Below, one piece after another: positions 44,301-53,373 of a stretch of DNA of 64,000 bases. The notes beneath the pieces were generated by a model that did not search any database, was not told the DNA's origin, and worked only from the letters and a program-made list of their open reading frames with translations. Both the position numbers and the translations under genes were made by a program. Location of the stretch: IMG/VR virus record IMGVR_UViG_3300012352_000418, positions 1-64,000 of that record, one strand, 5' to 3'. Position 1 is the first letter of the stretch. Every line of letters begins with the position of its first letter. The DNA comes from a virus.

Positions 44301-46258
44301 CTAGCGATAATAAAACTAAGAGATGATGCAGAAAATAACAGTTCTGGTGCTGTCATAGACTCAAAGTAGAAGAATCCGTCTCTCAGGGTGATGGATACCT
44401 CTCTTGTTCTAGTGGATGCTTCTGGAAAACCATCGGCATACATAGTCTTAATTGGAATGTGGTACCCAATTCCGTCATCATCATAAAGGATGTCAAAGAT
44501 CTTTACTTGAAGGTTCTTTGTTGCAACGCTGTACTGAATTACACCAGAATCGTTTTTAATGTTCAGAATGCTTTCGTCGTTGTATTCTCCAAATGCGTTG
44601 TCATAATCAAAGATGTCTAAGCTACCGCTTGAAACCACAAGTCCACTTACAAGAAGTCCGCTGCTTCCAATATCAGAGCTTCCCTTAGAGATATCTACGC
44701 CAGATGTCTTGTCTGTAAGATCTACAGCAATTCTAGGGGATAGCTCAATAAGGTCGAAAGTTGATTGTGGAGTATTCATTGATGTAACCACTACACGTAA
44801 TCCCTTAATATACTGAAGCTCTCGGTATACCGTCGCACTTTCGCTAACAAAAGAGTCTGGAGATACTAGATCTGTAATGTAGTTAGTTAGTCTTGTGGGA
44901 GCATCGCTCTCTGGTTGCCAGCCATATACTGGAGTAAATGTTTCCCAGTCTCCGCTAACCATGATGTGGAATGTGCCAATACCTGTGCCAGACTGAATAA
45001 GGTAAGCGTAACCTTCTGGTGCTGCAGATGGAAGCATTGTTTCAGATGCAAACCTTCCTGCGTAGATAAATGACGAAACATACTGTGATGGAACAATTAG
45101 TCCGTAGGCGAGTTGCAGATAGCCGTCAGCAGCCACAGATGCCTCTGTAAGCGACAAGGAAGAGCCATTGCCCTGGAGGTCAACCCAAGAGTTTGAGCCG
45201 TTTAGATACTGAATTTTCCAGGTTTTGGGTACAGTCTTGTTTGCGTCTCCAAAGAATGGATCTGAGTAAGATGTTGCCCCATCTTTAAATGTTCCGTAGT
45301 TTACCTGTCCAACATTTGTTTGCATTTTGACGACAAGTCTATTAGCTGGTATTTGATTTTCATAAACCACAAACGGTGCGGCGTCATCAATGTAGTTTGC
45401 TGCAACAGAGCTGGCCACACCTGGAAAAGAAATTCCACGTTCTGAAGAAAATCTTGTAATGTAGGCAACGGTGTCGGCGGCTTCGTTGTTTGTAACAGTG
45501 ATGGTTAGACCACTAGAACCTACGATGTCTCCGCTAAGTTCACTGTACGTTTCAGCTGATTCAGACACAGTAAACGTTGTGGATGTTGGAACCGAAAGAA
45601 TTGTGTATGTTTTTGGCAAAAACTTAAAGTCCTGTAGGGTTCCGTCTTTAATCATTACTTTGTCACCAACAACAAAAGAGTGTGTGGCAGATGTTGTAAA
45701 GGTTGCAATTACTGATGGAGTGTTGACTACCTTAATTTTTGAGATGAAAAACTTTTCCTGAGTCTCTCCAGCCTCTTTGCGATACGATGTCCAATACTTA
45801 AACTTGTCTTCTGGTGACGACGCATAGTATCGTGGTCTTCTAAACATATCTCTACCAGAGTTATTAATCTTTTTACCTGGCAAATAAAGTATTTTATTAA
45901 TACCAGATCTTGGTCTAAACCTAAAGAAACAATCTTCTAGCGAATACAGAATTGTCTTTTTTGCATCCTGAGACAGAAAGATTTGGGGAATGTGGTTTTC
46001 ATTATATCCCCCATCTACTACAATGTCAGAGTCTGTTGCACCAGTGTATGCGTTGAGAGAATCTAGAGCATCATAGGTTGAAGCAATTACACCAAAGTTT
46101 GCTTGTGTTGGACTTGCCGCCGTTGGGCGGTATCTATAGTTACCAACCTTTTTAATGTTTTCGAAGGAGTTTAGGTTCCACTCAGCAATTACCTGTGACT
46201 GAGTGTGTAGAGTAGACGAGTCTTTAATCTTCTCGGCAATAGTAGTATTCTGAAACAT
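41354..46258 (-). CDS. large tail-tip/central fibre protein (1634 aa; positional, Tal/gpJ-like role)
   Basis: Second gene after the tape measure and by far the largest tail gene. Contains at least two copies of the repeated beta-domain. Confidence 0.65.
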   Translation of the reverse strand: MFQNTTIAEKIKDSSTLHTQSQVIAEWNLNSFENIKKVGNYRYRPTAASPTQANFGVIASTYDALDSLNAYTGATDSDIVVDGGYNENHIPQIFLSQDAKKTILYSLEDCFFRFRPRSGINKILYLPGKKINNSGRDMFRRPRYYASSPEDKFKYWTSYRKEAGETQEKFFISKIKVVNTPSVIATFTTSATHSFVVGDKVMIKDGTLQDFKFLPKTYTILSVPTSTTFTVSESAETYSELSGDIVGSSGLTITVTNNEAADTVAYITRFSSERGISFPGVASSVAANYIDDAAPFVVYENQIPANRLVVKMQTNVGQVNYGTFKDGATSYSDPFFGDANKTVPKTWKIQYLNGSNSWVDLQGNGSSLSLTEASVAADGYLQLAYGLIVPSQYVSSFIYAGRFASETMLPSAAPEGYAYLIQSGTGIGTFHIMVSGDWETFTPVYGWQPESDAPTRLTNYITDLVSPDSFVSESATVYRELQYIKGLRVVVTSMNTPQSTFDLIELSPRIAVDLTDKTSGVDISKGSSDIGSSGLLVSGLVVSSGSLDIFDYDNAFGEYNDESILNIKNDSGVIQYSVATKNLQVKIFDILYDDDGIGYHIPIKTMYADGFPEASTRTREVSITLRDGFFYFESMTAPELLFSASSLSFIIASLMDSIGFTNYQFKRIDKKSDPIIPHFFVRPNVTIAEVLESLALSTQTAIFFDEYNNLTLMSKEYLMPEPADRSVDYVFYGSKDSQKSSDGIIKNQRNSNELANIVEISAKDEEIYNDGKITYSTRSVLKNYSSLKQANLSDADKTWKYQAALLWEVAPEEKTKPINDDGGNSSGYTLSSIPLSSQLTSTLPTTVLGTITAATLSQTTREISYTCNNSFVPGDIVTVTNFTNNIFNVEGFRVKRSTSTSFVVDSRYKESMSADISGVVRSGVASTAICIKNNILDFGESVVWMGRHKGYFYANGEIIRYDAIEYSVSGIGLVWVTSPTEYKNYFGKMSFGGSIFPTGRVRIYSEPKYENGEIKAGDVAKHGRGQFGTEPRTHEAGLSSYWTSASNKGACKMESSYLFNLSTSIPVTSKTGASGIVDSKYHPVTTGIIKNNMSRKDISENDLGGNRIIDGTIQSSALILNGPSFEASESAINYLSYVHKPLDNRYNHFGSRLRIIGKPTTSTNGSQQPVGAMTYQTTTTKDSSDKLAVTGSSGGIAIMHDKLTNLGYYFEIVALTENSLTAYNNASSKVYNMFFYKIERGVKDPTDNFPSGVEAFPITLWAGQSSINVDDGQFAGQFKRSDEDVPTVYDIAVEYVQKPDGSLQFYLFLNNKVIANITDTSPLPERTSAMSVFVRGKSKLMFENVYALSLKQTSDSVQALDSPVESVFGYDKERANDSLFKYSISGMVRDTYLSGITMAGDVKYNLYYEEFGTIMREVAYMDVKYEKAYPALYAKLLPTFSSYQNYVVSGFIASPYGAKFLIFNTTDSVLDLNLESGSAYLRIGGVAFTSQSENVLTVDDYFAKTANLAEQEINSSGGLQAIKSRADYASIRNSRLVYGKKEFNLNAAYIQSQDAADEMMGWMTSKMMQPRKLIGIKAFSNPMLQLGDIVTIDYVDESGNYAVASPNDRFVVYHIDYARETSGPEMNVYLSEVV

Positions 46259-46866
46259 TATGCCTCTTCCAGAGTGACACTAACATTCCATAGATCGTGA
46301 TTAGATCCTCCACGCTTAACAACGGTATAGTCAAAGCTTGTAATGTACATCTCAATAATCTGATTGTATTGACCTAAGTGTGTATAGGCATCGTTGTCTG
46401 TGCCAAAGTTTTGATACTTGTCGTATGCCAAGAATACCCAGATTGGTTCAGTGTTGTTTTCATACCAGGCAAGCATTTCTTCTCCACCTGCACCACCATC
46501 TGCTGTGTTAGCGACTACACCAGTAAGGGTTTCTCCGTCTGTGCTAAAGCCAGGTCTAATGTTAAAGGCTCTTGATGGAAGCATGTTCCAGCTAACATCG
46601 ATTGTAACCTTGTCTGCAACATGGTATGAACGCATTCTTCCGTTAACCATTCTTTGTCTGGTTTCAATACGTGTAATGCCAAAGTCTATTGGTCCTCTAT
46701 TGTGATCGGATAGAATGAGGAACTCTTCAGTACCGCTTCTTGAGCCGTACTCTGAGTTGCTAGGAAGATAAACGCCGTCTACAAGTGTGCCTGGGTTCTT
46801 AGACCAAAGCATACCTTGGGGACGACTATACTGAACTCTGTTCTGCATGTAGGTTTGACTAGCCAC
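46258..46866 (-). CDS. distal tail protein (Dit-like; positional)
   Basis: 202 aa immediately downstream of the tape measure and overlapping it. Confidence 0.55.
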   Translation of the reverse strand: MASQTYMQNRVQYSRPQGMLWSKNPGTLVDGVYLPSNSEYGSRSGTEEFLILSDHNRGPIDFGITRIETRQRMVNGRMRSYHVADKVTIDVSWNMLPSRAFNIRPGFSTDGETLTGVVANTADGGAGGEEMLAWYENNTEPIWVFLAYDKYQNFGTDNDAYTHLGQYNQIIEMYITSFDYTVVKRGGSNHDLWNVSVTLEEA

Positions 46867-49800
46867 TTATGTAGTTCCTCCTTACCTTACTAGCTTCCAG
46901 GTTTCTAATCTGTTTCATGACTGCTGCTGCAATCTGGTTGGGGTTTGTACCCGAGCCTGAATTAACATTAACACTATAATTATACACTGAATTGCTCTGG
47001 TTAGAAGCTGTTGGTGACGCAGCTCTTGCTGGTGCCTGAGTAACCATGTCTCTTGGTGCAGGAGTTTTAGATGCTGGCATAGAGCCAAAGGCTGGTGCAG
47101 CTGGGCTAGACGCAAATCGTGCTCTTTCTCTTGCAGCTGAAACCATTGCAGCCATCTTGTTTGCTCTTGCTCTTGCTTGGGAAGCAGCCAAACCACCCTT
47201 TGCAAAAGCACCGATGTTCATTCCGTTGATTGCATTAAGGTTGTCAATTCCAAAAGCTCTTACCGCTGCTGCTCTAATTACGTACTCTCCGTTAGAAAGC
47301 ATTGCAGGAATACTATCAGATGTACCAGTACCAGGGCCAGAGATGTATCCACCGTTAGCTCTTGCTTGTCCAGCTGCTACCCTTGCATTTTCTGCATTCT
47401 CAATTCTTTGAATCTGAGCCTCGTACCAGCCACGTGTGTATCCGCCATAAGATGCCTTAGCAAGTTCTGCTTCTCTTGCCTTTTCAAGAGCTTCTTTTTG
47501 CTGTTCCCTAGCTCTCTTTGCTTCGTTTGCACGCATTGTTTGCATTGCACGTGCAGCGGCTGAGATGTCTCCTCGTGTAAGTGCGTCGGCAAGATCTAGC
47601 TGATCTCTTTGTTGCTCAGCAATTGCCTGCTCTGCCTTTTCGATTTCTGCAAGTGCTTCAAGTCTAGCGTTGTACTTCTTATTAATTTCATCCTCTTGGT
47701 CAGAAATAAGGGCAAGTGCTGCATTGTATCGTTCTGCTTCTGTTGGTAGGTCTGGCTGAGACGATCCCCCTCCGCCTCCAGAGAAAGCAGATGATGGTGG
47801 TGGTGGTGCTGGCGTTCTGTTGTTGTTTAGATTCATTGCCGTTACAGCATTTTGTCCAGCCCAGTTTGCATACTGTGCACGCATCTGAGCCATTGTAGGA
47901 AGTCTTCCAGACTCCTCTCTTCTTAGCATTGCTGTACCACTCAGCTTATTCTGCTTAGCGTACCAGGCTGAGACGTCTTTGTCTGTAACTGTTTCGTACA
48001 TGGTTACATACTTCTGTAGGTATGTTTTTGTAGATAGTGGGTCAAGTCCTGCAAAGTAGTTTTCCATTCCACTGAGCATTCCAAAACCAGGAAGGTCTAG
48101 ATCTGTGATTGCCTGGAATGTAATAGGACCAGTGCCGTCAACAAGCTTGTCAATTGCAGCATAAGACTCTCCAAGTCTGTCAATTGTGTCGGCTGCGTCT
48201 TCGTCTGTGGAGGCTCTAACAATAAGGTCGATTCCGTCCTGACCTGCAATTGTTTGTAACTTGTCGTATGCATTGATAAGCTTGTTTGCCTCTTCTGGGT
48301 TTTCTGTATCAATAGAAGCAATAATTTTCTTTGCTGTTGCTTCATCCCCAAGCTGTGGAAGAAGTTTTGCCATGACACCTGCTGCTGGACCGCCAAGTTC
48401 TGTTGAAATTGTTGCAAGCTTTTTGTATGATCCAGCGTTCTTTTCTGGATCCATAAACTTTGTCAACTCGACAAATTGTTCTGGAGAGATGTTTCCTGCT
48501 TGGATATCGGTAGTCAAAATCATTCTTGTTTCGTTATCAAAATCATTTTTAGTTACAGAGCCACCACGTGATGTAACAGTTTTCTTTGACTCAAGTGCTT
48601 TCATTGCATCCTTAGATGCTGCCTCACTATCGGTTCCTGCATATGTCTCTTCTACAGACTTTGCGGCTGAGGCGATAATAGCATTCTGGTTTGCCATTGG
48701 TGCCTTTTTAAATTCTTTTAGCCAAGCCGATGATGCCTTGCGTGTTTCGTCTTCTAGTTTCTTACGGTCTTCCGCATAAGTCTTATTTTCTTTCTCGATA
48801 CCCAGAAGGTCTCCAGCTGCCTTAAGGTTTTCAAGTCGTGCTTCGTGCTGTAGTTGTAGGTCATCGATAAGTAGCTGACCCTGCTCACGCATTGCACCAA
48901 GCTCCATGCCTGCTCGCTGCTCGGCAGCAACCATGTCGTTCCAGTCTTCACTGCCCCATGCTGCCATACCAGTATCTGCAATGTCTGCAAGAGTTCCCAT
49001 GGCTGACTTTGATGTTTGAGCAATAAGATTAGTCTTAACATCCATTGGGCTATTCTTTAGGTCTTGACCATTAGGACCAATAATGCTTTCTAGCTGTCCA
49101 ACAAGACCAATTGTAATGCTTTCGTTTCCTAATTGTTCTCCCAATACCGCTGCAATTTGCGTTGCCTCGTCAGCAGTAAGAATGTTTGATGCTACCGCAG
49201 TTCCAAGCTGTAGTCCAAATTGTTTTGATGCTTCGCTTGTACCCAGATCCTTAATAGCTGCCTGCATACCACTCTTCATGGCCTTGCCTGCCTCAGACTC
49301 TAGATAAGCTGTTCCGAACTCGTTAGATCCACCTTCTGTTGGAGCAATAGCGGACTGTCTACGTTGCTGTAGCTGTTCGGTTGCAGAAACACGACCAGTA
49401 GCTTCTGCAAACTTTTGCATAGCTGTGTTACCCACACTAACTGCTCCAGCAGCTTCTCTTGCCGATTCACGAGTCTTTTGTAGTTGGTCGTGCATTGCGT
49501 ACAGACCAATGCCAAGAGCTGCTACACCAGCAACCACTAGGCCAATAGGACCAGTCATAGCTGCAAGCACGCCAGGGAACATCTGAAGAACCTGAACAAT
49601 TCCCGATACAGCAAACAATGGTCCTGCAATAGATCCAGCTACATCTCCCAGTGGTCCACCCATCATAGAGGCACCTTGTAGTGCACCAGAAGCAACCATG
49701 CCTCCGATACCAGCCTTACCTACGAATCCAGCTGCTCGGCTACCTCTTGCAGACTTACTAGGTTGAGCAGCAGTCTGTGCACCAGCAGCTTTTTGTGCGG

Positions 49801-52800
49801 CTCTAGCATCTCTACGAGCCTTGTTCTTTTCTCTACGCTTTCCTTCTTCGGTACTAATAAATCTATTAGTAACTGGGTCACGGTATCTACCGTTTTCCAT
49901 TACCTCAAATGCTTGGCGTGGGTCACGTTTTGCTGCTGTTGCTGCCTTTGCCTTTTCAGACTCACTCTTAGCAACAACCTCTTCAGCCTTCTGACGCTTC
50001 TTTGCTGTCTTTGTAGTCTTCTTTTCTACCTTAGCCTGTTCGCCCTTTTCCGCTGCAATTCTGGCATTGGCATTCGTGACCGCTGCCTCTTGCTGCTCTT
50101 TAGCTTTTTTGTTTGCTGCCTCGTCAGCCTTCGGAGACATTCTTCCAGCCTCAAGCTCTGCAATATACGATCCTGGGCCAGTATCGGCAAGTCGGAACTT
50201 TGCGTGCTCTGAGGCTGCCTTCATTCTAACTCTTCTACCTCTTGCCTGCTTAGAGTTTCCTGTAGTATTTTCTGCAGTATACTGAGTCATTGCTTGGTAG
50301 GCCTGGTATCCAGCACGTGATGTTGGGTGTCCCCCATTAGCCAGGTCTTCGACAGCTGCTGTGAATTCCTTCATTGCTTTTTGGTTCTTTGGGTCTACAC
50401 CAGCAATTCCTGCCAATACCTTTGGATCTAGACTCTTCAGGTACGACCCCTTTCCAGCACCTGGCTCAGAAGTCATTTCCTGAAGGTTGGCTAAGATTTG
50501 GTTAACGCCACGCTGGTCAACCTGTATATCCTGAGTTCTCCAGTCTTTCATTGCCATAGGACTTCCACCAACGTTGTACTCTGTTGTTGTCTTTCCAATG
50601 TGAGAGCGATCAAGTCTTTGCTTTCCTGTAATTCTTCCAGTTAAGTTTTCAATCTGCTTATCAATCTCTGCCTGACTTAGTCCCTCAGCTGCACCCTCTC
50701 GTCTAAGTGCTGCAATGAATGCGTCCTCTTCTTCTGTAAGAGATTCAAACATATAGTCTTCTGGGGAAATTGAGTCAATGATTGCTTGTGGTGCTCCACG
50801 GTTCTTTCTTCTAAGCTCGTTAATGATGTCGCCCTTAGCAAAACCAGGAATGTTTCCAGAGATCAAACCATTAATAAGATCTGGGAATTTCTTGACTGTA
50901 GCTGCTGGAATGATAGCCTCTCCATTAGAAACTCTAGCAATGATAGAGTCTGAGGTTCCAGTACCTGGGCCACTAAAGATTCCGCCAGAAGCAAAGCCCT
51001 TTGCCTTCTTTGTTCCACCACCACGAGTAGTGATTGGTCCCATGAATGCACCCTGTTGTGCAACCGCAGATCCATAAGCTGCTGCAAGCTCTCTTACTGC
51101 TGCTGTCTCTGCGTTAAATGTTTGGGTAAGCTTAGTGTGTACCTGTCCAAGAGAAGAAGCTACAGCTGCGGCCTCAAGCTGCTCATTGGTCATGTATTGG
51201 GTTTGCTCAGCAAGCAAGCTACTAGCACTGCCCGTACCAGTAAAGACATTCTTTACAAGCATGAAGCCCTTGATAAGGTTAGCTACACCGTTAGCAACCA
51301 GACCGAAGGTCATAAGAAGTACAGGACCAATACCTGCTACCGCACCAACAATGGTTAACAGGAACTGCTTTGCTCCGCTATCCATTTCGTTAAACTTATT
51401 TAGAATATCAGTACCAAACTTAATAATAGGAGTAACAACCTGCATAAAGGTTTCTCCCACTGGAGCAAGTGCTGCCTTAAAGTCTTCGATAGCTCCCTGG
51501 AACTGGTAAAGTGGGGAAGCTGAAATACGGCTAAGCTCTCGTTGAGATAGTACTGCTAGCTCTGCTGCACTTTGCTTTGTTAGGTCTAGCACTCTGCTTG
51601 CTTGGCTACCCTCGGCAATAACGTTTTGGAACAGTGTCGACATACGTGCAAACTGGAACTTACCAAACATTGTTTCAATGGCTTGTGCCTTTTGCAGAGG
51701 ATCTAGTGTTTCAAGGGCATGTGCAAACTCAAGAACCATGCCAGTAACGTCTCCAGCATTCTTGTCACGAATAGCCTCAATGTTAATTCCAAACTGATTG
51801 AGCATGTCGACAGCTTCGCCAGTTGGGTTAATAAGAGATGCCAAACCAGACTTGAGGGCGTTAGCACCTTCTGATGCGTCGATGCCACCTTCCTTCATAG
51901 CTGTAAGGAAGAATGTGAGGTCTTCTACTGTACCACCTAGTTGCTGAACAACAGGACCAGCCTTAGGGATAGCTTCTGTCAGGTCTTCAATAGATGTTAC
52001 GGTTTGGTTTTCAACTGCGTTAAGGAAGTTAATCTTACCAGAAAGCTTATCTGCAGCGATACCAAAAGAGTTGGTCAGAGAGATAGTGGTCTCTAGGGAT
52101 TGCTCTTGAGTTACCCCACCGAGAACGGCAAGTCTGTTAGCTTCAGATACCTGGGCAATAAGGTCTGCACCAGTCTTACCCATTGCAGCTGCATCTGCGG
52201 CCAGACCCATTGTCTTGGCAACAGATACGCCATACTTCGTAAACTCACTAGCCAGAGTCTTGATCTGCTCTGTGATCTTTTCTGTGTCAGCCATTGTGGT
52301 GGTGAAGTCACCGTAGACACGTTCAAGTCTGAGGACTTGCTCTTCAATTGCCTTGAACTCCTTGGCTGCTGCCGCACCCATAATTCCAAGCGGAATGGTG
52401 AAACCAACCATGAGCTGACGACCAGCCCACTGAGTGTTCTTACCAAAGTTGAGTAGGTCCGTAGAACCCTGCTTCATAAGCTGATTGAATAGCTGAGCCT
52501 TTTGAGCAGCAATGGCAGTCTGCGTGCCAAGGTTCTGCATGTCAAGAACTTGTGGACGAACAGCGATTGCCTTCATGGCACCAGATGCGTCACGACCAAG
52601 CTTGATGTATTGAGTTTGTAGAGTCTTTACTCTTTCACGAGATACCTTTTCGATCGTGTCAAACTCGGTACGGAAAAGCCTTCCAAATGTCTTGGTAGAA
52701 CCAGCAGCATACCTAAAGTATTGCCCCATTGAGAGCTTGTTCTTCTCAAGAGCATTTGTGAAGGATTCCGTAGTAGTTGTAACTCTTTGCAGAGTTGCTG

Positions 52801-52990
52801 TAAACTTGCCAGTAGAGTTAATCCCATTAATGAGATTGTTCTGCATGTCCGCAAGTTTTGCGTTAGAGACTGCACCAGTCTTGGACATGACCTGGTGAAA
52901 GTTAGAGATTTCTCTCTGAAGGGTGCGTAGGCTGGCTAAAGCATCGGATGTATTAATATCAATATTGATATTGGATTCGACATCAGCCAT
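46859..52990 (-). CDS. tail tape measure protein (2043 aa)
   Basis: Follows the chaperone genes. Long helical A/Q/K/E-rich sequence with a hydrophobic Gly-rich segment. Two G(P)GTGTSDSI...SNGE motifs. Confidence 0.85.
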   Translation of the reverse strand: MADVESNINIDINTSDALASLRTLQREISNFHQVMSKTGAVSNAKLADMQNNLINGINSTGKFTATLQRVTTTTESFTNALEKNKLSMGQYFRYAAGSTKTFGRLFRTEFDTIEKVSRERVKTLQTQYIKLGRDASGAMKAIAVRPQVLDMQNLGTQTAIAAQKAQLFNQLMKQGSTDLLNFGKNTQWAGRQLMVGFTIPLGIMGAAAAKEFKAIEEQVLRLERVYGDFTTTMADTEKITEQIKTLASEFTKYGVSVAKTMGLAADAAAMGKTGADLIAQVSEANRLAVLGGVTQEQSLETTISLTNSFGIAADKLSGKINFLNAVENQTVTSIEDLTEAIPKAGPVVQQLGGTVEDLTFFLTAMKEGGIDASEGANALKSGLASLINPTGEAVDMLNQFGINIEAIRDKNAGDVTGMVLEFAHALETLDPLQKAQAIETMFGKFQFARMSTLFQNVIAEGSQASRVLDLTKQSAAELAVLSQRELSRISASPLYQFQGAIEDFKAALAPVGETFMQVVTPIIKFGTDILNKFNEMDSGAKQFLLTIVGAVAGIGPVLLMTFGLVANGVANLIKGFMLVKNVFTGTGSASSLLAEQTQYMTNEQLEAAAVASSLGQVHTKLTQTFNAETAAVRELAAAYGSAVAQQGAFMGPITTRGGGTKKAKGFASGGIFSGPGTGTSDSIIARVSNGEAIIPAATVKKFPDLINGLISGNIPGFAKGDIINELRRKNRGAPQAIIDSISPEDYMFESLTEEEDAFIAALRREGAAEGLSQAEIDKQIENLTGRITGKQRLDRSHIGKTTTEYNVGGSPMAMKDWRTQDIQVDQRGVNQILANLQEMTSEPGAGKGSYLKSLDPKVLAGIAGVDPKNQKAMKEFTAAVEDLANGGHPTSRAGYQAYQAMTQYTAENTTGNSKQARGRRVRMKAASEHAKFRLADTGPGSYIAELEAGRMSPKADEAANKKAKEQQEAAVTNANARIAAEKGEQAKVEKKTTKTAKKRQKAEEVVAKSESEKAKAATAAKRDPRQAFEVMENGRYRDPVTNRFISTEEGKRREKNKARRDARAAQKAAGAQTAAQPSKSARGSRAAGFVGKAGIGGMVASGALQGASMMGGPLGDVAGSIAGPLFAVSGIVQVLQMFPGVLAAMTGPIGLVVAGVAALGIGLYAMHDQLQKTRESAREAAGAVSVGNTAMQKFAEATGRVSATEQLQQRRQSAIAPTEGGSNEFGTAYLESEAGKAMKSGMQAAIKDLGTSEASKQFGLQLGTAVASNILTADEATQIAAVLGEQLGNESITIGLVGQLESIIGPNGQDLKNSPMDVKTNLIAQTSKSAMGTLADIADTGMAAWGSEDWNDMVAAEQRAGMELGAMREQGQLLIDDLQLQHEARLENLKAAGDLLGIEKENKTYAEDRKKLEDETRKASSAWLKEFKKAPMANQNAIIASAAKSVEETYAGTDSEAASKDAMKALESKKTVTSRGGSVTKNDFDNETRMILTTDIQAGNISPEQFVELTKFMDPEKNAGSYKKLATISTELGGPAAGVMAKLLPQLGDEATAKKIIASIDTENPEEANKLINAYDKLQTIAGQDGIDLIVRASTDEDAADTIDRLGESYAAIDKLVDGTGPITFQAITDLDLPGFGMLSGMENYFAGLDPLSTKTYLQKYVTMYETVTDKDVSAWYAKQNKLSGTAMLRREESGRLPTMAQMRAQYANWAGQNAVTAMNLNNNRTPAPPPPSSAFSGGGGGSSQPDLPTEAERYNAALALISDQEDEINKKYNARLEALAEIEKAEQAIAEQQRDQLDLADALTRGDISAAARAMQTMRANEAKRAREQQKEALEKAREAELAKASYGGYTRGWYEAQIQRIENAENARVAAGQARANGGYISGPGTGTSDSIPAMLSNGEYVIRAAAVRAFGIDNLNAINGMNIGAFAKGGLAASQARARANKMAAMVSAARERARFASSPAAPAFGSMPASKTPAPRDMVTQAPARAASPTASNQSNSVYNYSVNVNSGSGTNPNQIAAAVMKQIRNLEASKVRRNYISG

Positions 52991-53013
52991 TCATTTGCAC
53001 TTCCTTTTTTAGA

Positions 53014-53325
53014 TTATGCGATGCCAGCTACGTCAGAAAGCTTCAAACCAGAAGCCTCTTCAACAATCTTGTACACCGTTGGTAGATCTAGTAGATCTTC
53101 CAGATTCTCTCTATTCCCTGCTAGATCTGGAGCATACTGCTGCATAGCAATATCCACGCAATCAAGCAAGACATCCATAGACTTTTCGTTGTCCGAAGCT
53201 ACTGCCTGGATTTCATCAAACTTCTTCATAAAAGGCTTAAGTAGTGAAATACGTAGTGGTCTTACAGATAGCTCTCGTCCGTCAACAAGCGTAATCTTCT
53301 TGTCTTCGTTAATAGTTGTAGACAT
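53014..53325 (-). CDS. tail assembly chaperone paralog B (103 aa)
   Basis: Lies between the major tail and TMP genes, has its own AAGGAGG RBS, and is roughly 30% identical by eye to the N-terminus of 53374-54063. Confidence 0.6.
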   Translation of the reverse strand: MSTTINEDKKITLVDGRELSVRPLRISLLKPFMKKFDEIQAVASDNEKSMDVLLDCVDIAMQQYAPDLAGNRENLEDLLDLPTVYKIVEEASGLKLSDVAGIA

Positions 53326-53354
53326 TGTTTATGTCCTCCTTTAGGGTCTATTAA

Positions 53355-53363
53355 ATTATATCA
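53355..53363 (-). promoter_or_regulatory. extended -10 promoter TGaTATAAT (leadered, followed by AAGGAGG)
   Basis: The minus strand reads gTGaTATAATttaatagaccctaAAGGAGGacataaacaATG. Confidence 0.4.
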
Positions 53364-53373
53364 CAATGATTTA

